Below, in pieces: positions 57,886 to 64,000 of a stretch of DNA of 64,000 bases. The position numbers and the translations under genes are program-made. Under the pieces are notes generated by a model. The model worked only from the letters and a program-made list of their open reading frames with translations, was not told the origin of the DNA and did not search any database. Within the stretch, counting starts at the first letter, position 1. The number at the start of each line of letters is the position of its first letter. Origin of the DNA: an uncultured Actinomycetota bacterium (GTDB taxonomy: Bacteria > Actinomycetota > Acidimicrobiia > Acidimicrobiales > Bog-793); contig CAVVDX010000001.1 of assembly GCA_963747085.1 (NCBI GenBank), forward strand, positions 1,131,987-1,195,986, given 5' to 3'.

Positions 57886-59451
57886 CTAGGCGGAGTTTCG
57901 CAGTGCGGTTCTGCGACGTGCCACGAACAGGCCGGCACCGAGCACGACGACGGCCACGACGGCGAGCAGTGGCGTGGCGGGCGACTCGGGCGTGTCAGCT
58001 GGCGGGTCGGGGCGGAAGGCGAGCATGTTGCCATCCATGTTGCCGACATAGAGCGTGCCGTCCGAGATCTCCGCGGGGCCCCAGAACACGTTCTGGCTCG
58101 GTTCGGCGTAGGTGAACAGGTTGGCGCCGGTCGACGCGTCGTCGACGAGCACCTGATCGCCGGCGTTGACCTCGACGATCCCGGGCGCGGCGATCACTGA
58201 GCCGAGTACCCGTCCGGCCAGGCAGTCCGACCAGCGAGGCGATCCGGTCGCCGGGTCGAGTGCGCTGAGCGTGCCGGCGCAGGTCTGCCCCTCGACTTGG
58301 CCCTCGTCGCCGGCAACTAAGAGCGAGGTGCCGTCGTAGGCAGACGAAGCGATGTACTCGGCATTCGCCGGGCCGGTGACACCGGGGATCCCGACTTGGA
58401 AGGTCCAGAGCGGGCCGGCCGAGAGGTCTGAGCGCTCGAAGGCGTAGTAGAAGCCATTCTTGTTCTCCACGCCGACCATCGGCGTCGGCGCGCCGTCAAC
58501 GGTCGCGCCGAACAACGTCGGCGTGGCGCCGAAGTCGGCGTCGCCGCCGTTGGCCGCCGGCTGCCACGAGTCGAGCACTTGCAACGTCGTCGGGTCGATC
58601 CTCAAGATCGCCTGGGAGTAGGGCTCGTTCTGCTGCCCATCACAGGACGGGTCGGCCCCCTCGCTGACGTCGTAATCGCTCTCGGCGTTGCCGGTGGCGA
58701 CAAAGAGGTCGCCAGTCGTCGGGTCGACAGTGGGTGAGCTCCACACGGTGCCCCCGACGCAGCCGACTGGACCCGAGCCGGCGGGCACGGTGTAGAGAGT
58801 CTGCTCGATCGCCCCGGTCGAGGCGTCGAGCTCGAACAGCTCGCCGCGAATCTGCGGGCAGTCACCCTGGGATGCGATGCCGACATAGATGTTGTTGCCC
58901 ACCAGCGCCGGCGAACTCCAAACGAATGCAGCCGGGTTCGTGCTGAGCTGCGTCGTCCAGAGCTTCTGGCCGGTGAGAGCGTTGAGCGCGACGAACTGCG
59001 AGGTGCCCCCCCCGACGAACACCGTGGGCGTGCCGTTGACTGTGGCCACGGTCGCCGAGCTGTCCGGCCAGGTGTCCGGCGAGCACGACGCCGATTCCGT
59101 GCCGAGCTGCGCGGTCCAGTTGTCGACTCCTGTCGAGATGCTGGTCGCGTGCAGCATGCCGTTTCCATCCGACCAGTAGACGTCGCCGTCCGCTGTCACC
59201 GGCTGATTGGTCGTCGACGCGCCAGAAGCGTTCGTCCAGGCGAGCGAGAGCTGCGAGGCCGTCGCGGCGTTGATCGCGGTCTCGGAGGCGTCGAAGCCCG
59301 TTCGGTCGTTGCCGTAGAGGAAGGTGTTGCTGGAGGGAGGCGTGTCGGCACCAGCGGGCGACGCGAGGAACGCGCACAGGGGAAGGACGACTGCGCAAAC
59401 TGCGAGCCCGCTCAGGACGCTGCGCCGCACTCGTGCCACGCCGTGAGCCAT
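57886..59451 (-). CDS. Secreted PQQ-like beta-propeller protein with TPESP-TM-RRR C-terminus
   Basis: Signal peptide ending PAGA; ALNALTGQKLW, WSSP repeats, DADFGATP, several Cys pairs. Confidence 0.85.
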   Translation of the reverse strand: MAHGVARVRRSVLSGLAVCAVVLPLCAFLASPAGADTPPSSNTFLYGNDRTGFDASETAINAATASQLSLAWTNASGASTTNQPVTADGDVYWSDGNGMLHATSISTGVDNWTAQLGTESASCSPDTWPDSSATVATVNGTPTVFVGGGTSQFVALNALTGQKLWTTQLSTNPAAFVWSSPALVGNNIYVGIASQGDCPQIRGELFELDASTGAIEQTLYTVPAGSGPVGCVGGTVWSSPTVDPTTGDLFVATGNAESDYDVSEGADPSCDGQQNEPYSQAILRIDPTTLQVLDSWQPAANGGDADFGATPTLFGATVDGAPTPMVGVENKNGFYYAFERSDLSAGPLWTFQVGIPGVTGPANAEYIASSAYDGTSLLVAGDEGQVEGQTCAGTLSALDPATGSPRWSDCLAGRVLGSVIAAPGIVEVNAGDQVLVDDASTGANLFTYAEPSQNVFWGPAEISDGTLYVGNMDGNMLAFRPDPPADTPESPATPLLAVVAVVVLGAGLFVARRRTALRNSA

Positions 59452-59557
59452 GTTCGCCAGTCAAACTCATCCGTTCACAAGGACGCAACGCAACGGAGAG
59501 TGAACATTCGCAACGGCTGTTGCGCGCGAATGTTATGAGAAATTCGAGGATTCAACC

Positions 59558-61867
59558 TTACGCAGCGGCGATGGCGACGAGGCGCCCGATGCCGAGCGAG
59601 CTCGCGCGAAGCCGACCGCTCGGCTCGAAGGTGAGCACGCGCCCATAGGAGGTAGCGAGCCAGAGGCCCGTCGTCGCCGGGTCCAACGCCACACCGACCA
59701 AGCGCTCTCCCCGCTCGAGCGGCACGGTCCGGCGCAGTCCGGCGAGCACGCCGGCCCCCACGAGAAGGCCGCCGGCGCAGGCGACGACGTAGCCGCCGTC
59801 GGCGGGGAGCACGGCGAGGCCGACCGCGTCGCGCTGCGTGCAGGGCAGACCGCCTCCCGGTGCGGCGAGGCGCGGTGCCGCGCCGAAGGCGTGGGCCGCG
59901 CCAGCGGAATCGAGCAGCCAGTAGCCGGTGTCGAAGCGCGTCGGGACGATCGTCACCGCCTGCGTACCGTGCAGGTCGGAGAGGTCACCGCGCCGGCGGG
60001 CGTCACCAAAGGCGAGAACCGCCCCGTCGCGCTCGAGCACGTAGTAGCCGCCGCCGGTCAGGGTGCCAGCGATGGCCACCGCAACGTTGCCAGGATCGTG
60101 GCCGTTGCGTGGCGATCCGAGCTGGGGCGCGTCCAGGCCCCGTACTGTCCCGTCGGCGGCGAGCGTCCAGTAGCCGCCGGTGGCGAAGTCACTGGCGAGG
60201 CCTGCCGTCGTCGCGCCGTGCCCGGGCTGGTCGCCGGCGACGAAGCCCGACCCCACCCCGCGCACGGCTCCGCCCACGGACAGGACGCGGTAGCCGGGAT
60301 CGTGCACTCTGACTGGCGCGCTCGCCGTCGAGCTCGACCACGCCCCGGTGTAGGTGGCGTCCACGGTGCGCCGGCCGGCGAACGGCCAGGCGAGCACGCA
60401 CGCGGCGAGGGCCGCCGAGGAGAGCGAGCCGCCTATCGCCAATCTGCTCGACGCGCCGAGCTGTCGGGCGGGGACGACCGGCGCCGCGGAGCACCCCGCC
60501 AGGACCGACCGGCCGGAGCTGAAGCTGACCGAGCCGGTCGGCGTGAGCGCTCCCGGCTGCACGGAGTCGACGAGCAGGACCAACGAAGCGAGCTGACCCG
60601 CCATCGGCTGCCGTGGCACGACGTACAGGCTCGCCCGAGTCGGCGGCGCCACCCCCCCGCCGGCGGAGGTCTGCCACAGACCGCCACCCGCCTCGGCGAT
60701 GCAGGAGGCGGCCGAGGCGCAGGCGATCGACGCCGGCGTCCCGCGGGTTGCATGCACGCGCTGGGTCGCCCACCTCACCCCGCCGTCGACCGAGGCGATG
60801 ACCGCCGGCTGCCCGGGATCGGGCTGCAACCCAGCGGCGAAGCAGTCGCTCTCGTCGGGGCAGTCGACGCTGTCGAGGGTCTCGATGCGGGCCGGGGCGG
60901 TCGCCGACGACCAGCGCGTCCCGCCGTCGCGGGAGTCGATGACGACGGGTCCTCCCGCCGGCAGCGTGCCGACCGCGGAACAGGTCGCTTCCGCGCAGGA
61001 GACGCCGTCGAGGCGCCACGCAACGCGAGCTGCGATCGCCGGCATCTGTTGCCAGGTCCTGCCGCCATTCGAGCTGGTGAGCACCACGCCGCCACCGGAA
61101 GGGCCCGCGGTCTCGCCAACGGCGACACAATGGGACTCGCTCGGACAGCTGACCGCGCTCAGCTCGTAGGACCCAGCGGGCGTCGTCCCCGCCGTCCAGA
61201 TCGACCCTCCGTCGACCGTCGACCGCACGAGCGCGATGCCGCTTCCCGGCCCCTCGCCGACGGCGACGCAGTCGAGGTCCGTCGAGCAGGAGAGGCCGGC
61301 GAACGACGCCCCGGGCGGGAGGCCGAGCGGGGTCGTCAACTCGCTGAAGCCGGCTCCTGCGGCGACCGAGCGGTCGAGGACCACCGAGCCCGACTGCGAC
61401 GTGCCGAGCGCTATGCACACGCCCCCGGCGGCACATCCGAGCGCGTTCAACGTCGCCGTGCCCGGCAGCGCCGACCCGAACGACCACCGTCCCGTGTCGT
61501 CTGTGGCGATCGTCGGGCTGGCGCCTGGCCCGTCGAGCGCCGCGACGCAGAGCGGCGCCCCGGGAACGCAGGCTGTCTGCGCGAGCGGGGAGTACGCCTG
61601 CTGGACATGCACCGCGATCCAGGAACTACCGGGCACGCGCTGCGCCGGGTGGGTGCGAGGAGCGGCCGACCGTGCGCCCTCAGCGGCTGCGACCGCAGGG
61701 ACGGAAACAGGAGCCGCGGCAAGGGCGAGGCTCGCGGCGACGAGCACAGCACCGATGGGGAGAAGCGCTCGGACGCAGGCTTGCAGAGTTGACTGCAGGG
61801 CCGCCCGCATCCGTGCTGCAGGTCCGCGCGGTGAACCGTCGGCCCCATCCTGTCGGCGACTGTTCAC
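59558..61867 (-). CDS. Secreted protein: Cys-paired BNR/Asp-box repeats, Ig-like domain, C-terminal GYW-type surface repeats
   Basis: SCxxxxxCxAVG and SxDGGxxW repeats; TPTGSVSF...ATYTG; GYWTLAADG, GYYVLERDGAVLAFGDA, GYWLLDSAG; start uncertain. Confidence 0.78.
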   Translation of the reverse strand: MNSRRQDGADGSPRGPAARMRAALQSTLQACVRALLPIGAVLVAASLALAAAPVSVPAVAAAEGARSAAPRTHPAQRVPGSSWIAVHVQQAYSPLAQTACVPGAPLCVAALDGPGASPTIATDDTGRWSFGSALPGTATLNALGCAAGGVCIALGTSQSGSVVLDRSVAAGAGFSELTTPLGLPPGASFAGLSCSTDLDCVAVGEGPGSGIALVRSTVDGGSIWTAGTTPAGSYELSAVSCPSESHCVAVGETAGPSGGGVVLTSSNGGRTWQQMPAIAARVAWRLDGVSCAEATCSAVGTLPAGGPVVIDSRDGGTRWSSATAPARIETLDSVDCPDESDCFAAGLQPDPGQPAVIASVDGGVRWATQRVHATRGTPASIACASAASCIAEAGGGLWQTSAGGGVAPPTRASLYVVPRQPMAGQLASLVLLVDSVQPGALTPTGSVSFSSGRSVLAGCSAAPVVPARQLGASSRLAIGGSLSSAALAACVLAWPFAGRRTVDATYTGAWSSSTASAPVRVHDPGYRVLSVGGAVRGVGSGFVAGDQPGHGATTAGLASDFATGGYWTLAADGTVRGLDAPQLGSPRNGHDPGNVAVAIAGTLTGGGYYVLERDGAVLAFGDARRRGDLSDLHGTQAVTIVPTRFDTGYWLLDSAGAAHAFGAAPRLAAPGGGLPCTQRDAVGLAVLPADGGYVVACAGGLLVGAGVLAGLRRTVPLERGERLVGVALDPATTGLWLATSYGRVLTFEPSGRLRASSLGIGRLVAIAAA

Positions 61868-62033
61868 CTCGTGTCAAGACTCCGTTTCCCGGCGACGGGA
61901 CTGCGTTCACCTTCGCGCCCCGAAGCGGGCAGATAGCTTGCAGGCAGTGGAGAGCCCGAACGGTACACCGGCGCTCCGTCACGGCGCGTCCATCTGGCGC
62001 CGCGGCGCCGCACAGATTCGTCAGGGCTCCCGC

Positions 62034-63500
62034 GTGTGGCGCGGTCGAGCCCTCGTCATCGCCTTTGCACTGCTTCCGGCGGCCTGGTGCGCGGTAGGCG
62101 CGCCCCCGTCCCCCACCGCCGCGGGTGCCCAGAACGTGCACCGGCAGGTGTCAGGGCCCGTGGTCCGCGTCGCTGCCAGGGCTCGGTTCGCGTCGAGCGC
62201 GGAACCAGGCTGGACGGACCGCTTGAACATCGTGGAGGGACCGGTCGCCGCGCCGCTCTCACGCGACGTGCTCACCGTCACCTACGACCAGGGCAACCTC
62301 ACGCTGTACTCGATCTCGGCGCGCAACGGCGCTCGGCTGTGGACGGTCCCGGTGACGATGTCGGTCATCCCGCCGGGCACCCCGGCTCCTCCGCCGGTGA
62401 TCGGCGCGATCACGCTCGCCCTCGTTTCGGGCAGCCCCAAGGTCGACAACGGCTTCGGTGCCGGCGTCGAGGCGATCGACACCGCATCCGGCCGGAAAGT
62501 GTGGAGCCTGAAGGGGACCTTCGTCGTCCTCGACCCGCCGACGGTCTGTCCCGGGCCGGGTGGCGCGGGTTACTTCTGCCTAGTCCTGTCCGAGTCGCCG
62601 ACATCGAAGGTGGTGCTGGCAACCATTGACGCGACCACCGGCAAGATCGAGAGCGAGATCAGCGACGTGACGCACCGACTCGCCGACGGTCTGTACGAGT
62701 CGGGGGGAAGCTCGCCGAACTTGGTTCGTGTTTCCTTTCCCACCGGCGTGTTGTGGAGCAAGCCGCTGGACGCGCTACTCGCCAGCCGGGCGTATGACCT
62801 CGACTATGGCTGGTCGATCGACCGGATCGGGACGGACTACCTCGTGAGCGTGAGGGCTCGTCCAGACGGGGCCACGGCTCAGCTCTCCACCGCGCTGACG
62901 GCAGCCGTGGACGCAGCGACCGGGACGGTCCGCTGGCGCGTGCCGGGCAGCTACCGCTGTGAGGGAGCACTGCCCATCAGCGCGCCCTACGTCTGCGACG
63001 AGACGGGCACAGTGCGCGGGGCAAGCGGAACGAGCAAACCGACCCTGTCGCGCGGCGCGAGCGTCGCGCTCGTCGGGGTCGATCCCGGCTCGGGACGCAC
63101 GCGGTGGCGGTTCCGCGTCGGCGACGTCCAGCGCTTCCTCTTGGGTACCGGCTATGCCCTCTCCTCTGGCGCGACCGTTGTGGTCCATGGGACAGACGGC
63201 AACGCCCACTCGGTGAACCTGACCACCGGCCGCCTTCTGCCAGTTCCGCTCTCGGCGGTGCTGTGGTGCCCGTCGCTCGATCAGTTCGGCGAGGTGTACC
63301 CGAACGGGCACGTCACGCAGCGCGTCGGCGCGACGAACTGGTCGGTTTGCGACGCGGAGGGTGACCCCGTGAGGGGCTCGCCGGCGGTCACCACCGCCGT
63401 CGGCGTGGTGACGGGCCAGCACTTCGTCGTGGCGTCCTCGAGCGCCCTGACGGGACGTTCCCTCTCCGTCCACGCCGGCACCTCACCAAAGCTGGGCTAG
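62034..63500 (+). CDS. Secreted PQQ-like beta-propeller protein (3), no C-terminal anchor
   Basis: Signal peptide; ARNGARLW, AIDTASGRKVW, AVDAATGTVRW, GVDPGSGRTRW; start inferred. Confidence 0.68.
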   Translation: MWRGRALVIAFALLPAAWCAVGAPPSPTAAGAQNVHRQVSGPVVRVAARARFASSAEPGWTDRLNIVEGPVAAPLSRDVLTVTYDQGNLTLYSISARNGARLWTVPVTMSVIPPGTPAPPPVIGAITLALVSGSPKVDNGFGAGVEAIDTASGRKVWSLKGTFVVLDPPTVCPGPGGAGYFCLVLSESPTSKVVLATIDATTGKIESEISDVTHRLADGLYESGGSSPNLVRVSFPTGVLWSKPLDALLASRAYDLDYGWSIDRIGTDYLVSVRARPDGATAQLSTALTAAVDAATGTVRWRVPGSYRCEGALPISAPYVCDETGTVRGASGTSKPTLSRGASVALVGVDPGSGRTRWRFRVGDVQRFLLGTGYALSSGATVVVHGTDGNAHSVNLTTGRLLPVPLSAVLWCPSLDQFGEVYPNGHVTQRVGATNWSVCDAEGDPVRGSPAVTTAVGVVTGQHFVVASSSALTGRSLSVHAGTSPKLG

Positions 63501-63723
63501 ACGGGCGAAACATGCGCTAGTCACTCGTCCGCGGAGATTGCCCGTGAGATGCGGCTCGCGTGCGGTGTCGGCCTGTGCCGCGACCACGGGTGCTACCCGC
63601 GAAAGCCCCATCGAACAAACCGCCGAACGGACGATCTCGACGCGGACGGATGGGACGTTGGAACCGGTGCACGAGACGGAGGCAACAGCTCGAAGCTGAT
63701 CCAGGACAGGACGGCCACGCAAC

Positions 63724-64000
63724 GTGAAACAGGTTCCGAGGATCAGGTGGCTGGGGCGACGGCGACACCCGCGGCGCCCATCTAGGCGAGTTGTCGCGAC
63801 GGCCGTCTTGTGCGTGTCGGCTGGGCTCGGAGGGACGGCCTTCGCCAGCGACGTGGCTACAGCCACGCACCTCGGCACGGTCGGCCAGGCGCTGCCGGTG
63901 GCGTCCCCGACCGCGCAGCTGGCCGAGGCTGCGGCTGCGAGTGCCAGCGAGCATCTCGCCACCGCGGCGGGGGGTCGCCGCCCCGCGTCACTCTCGCCCG
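63724..64000 (+). CDS. Secreted protein, 5' part only (runs off the window)
   Basis: Open frame from GTG 63724: basic N-region RRRHPRRPSRR, hydrophobic VVATAVLCVSAGLGGTAFA. Confidence 0.5.
   Translation, partial: MKQVPRIRWLGRRRHPRRPSRRVVATAVLCVSAGLGGTAFASDVATATHLGTVGQALPVASPTAQLAEAAAASASEHLATAAGGRRPASLSP

Noticed and set aside
57886-59451. Lanthanide/Ca-dependent PQQ alcohol dehydrogenase (XoxF/ExaF) with adjacent metal transporter
   Set aside because: Shorter than those enzymes, and the adjacent-Cys and WD(Y/F)D-type motifs were not found.
61862-61911. Additional GTTCACC PHO-like cores
   Set aside because: The two exact cores are 43 nt apart (out of 11-nt phase), intervening units are weak, and one overlaps a possible start codon.
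63501-63723. Structured ncRNA or riboswitch upstream of the last ORF
   Set aside because: No recognisable riboswitch consensus by eye; needs an Infernal scan.

Overview
High-GC actinobacterial chromosomal segment, most likely class Acidimicrobiia (judged from GYWxxxxDGxVxxFGxA-type surface repeats, WhiB, a mycothiol-type MDMPI enzyme and GAF-ANTAR proteins). No rRNA, tRNA, CRISPR array, transposase or integrase was recognised. About a dozen otherwise intact genes carry single-base frameshifts, which looks like long-read indel error rather than true decay. In order: an IclR-regulated catabolic locus (BKACE, Zn-ADH, sugar ABC, Ldh_2, TIM-barrel epimerase); a less GC-rich block of redox/detox genes plus WhiB, two GAF-ANTAR genes and a PRC-barrel gene; an SPFH/zinc-ribbon/twin-AIM24 operon divergent from a DUF1707-like gene; hsp20 with a perfect CIRCE; an orphan beta-class DNA methyltransferase; a pseudo-zincin fusion next to a 5-copy repeat array; MMPL-TetR with operator; an MNT-HEPN pair; twin CxRxHG lipoproteins; mobA-fdhD; a decayed mazEF6-like module; arsR-arsI-aquaporin-CoA-disulfide reductase-pstS; a ChrB_N / AfuABC-like / COG4280 locus with phased PHO-box-like repeats; and secreted beta-propeller proteins. 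Best candidates for undescribed biology: (1) a shared PExP + transmembrane + RRR C-terminal sorting signal on two secreted propeller proteins, (2) the apparently Pho-regulated ChrB_N-ABC-COG4280 uptake locus, (3) the five-zinc-ribbon SPFH/AIM24 operon. All family calls come from motif recognition by eye; no searches were run.
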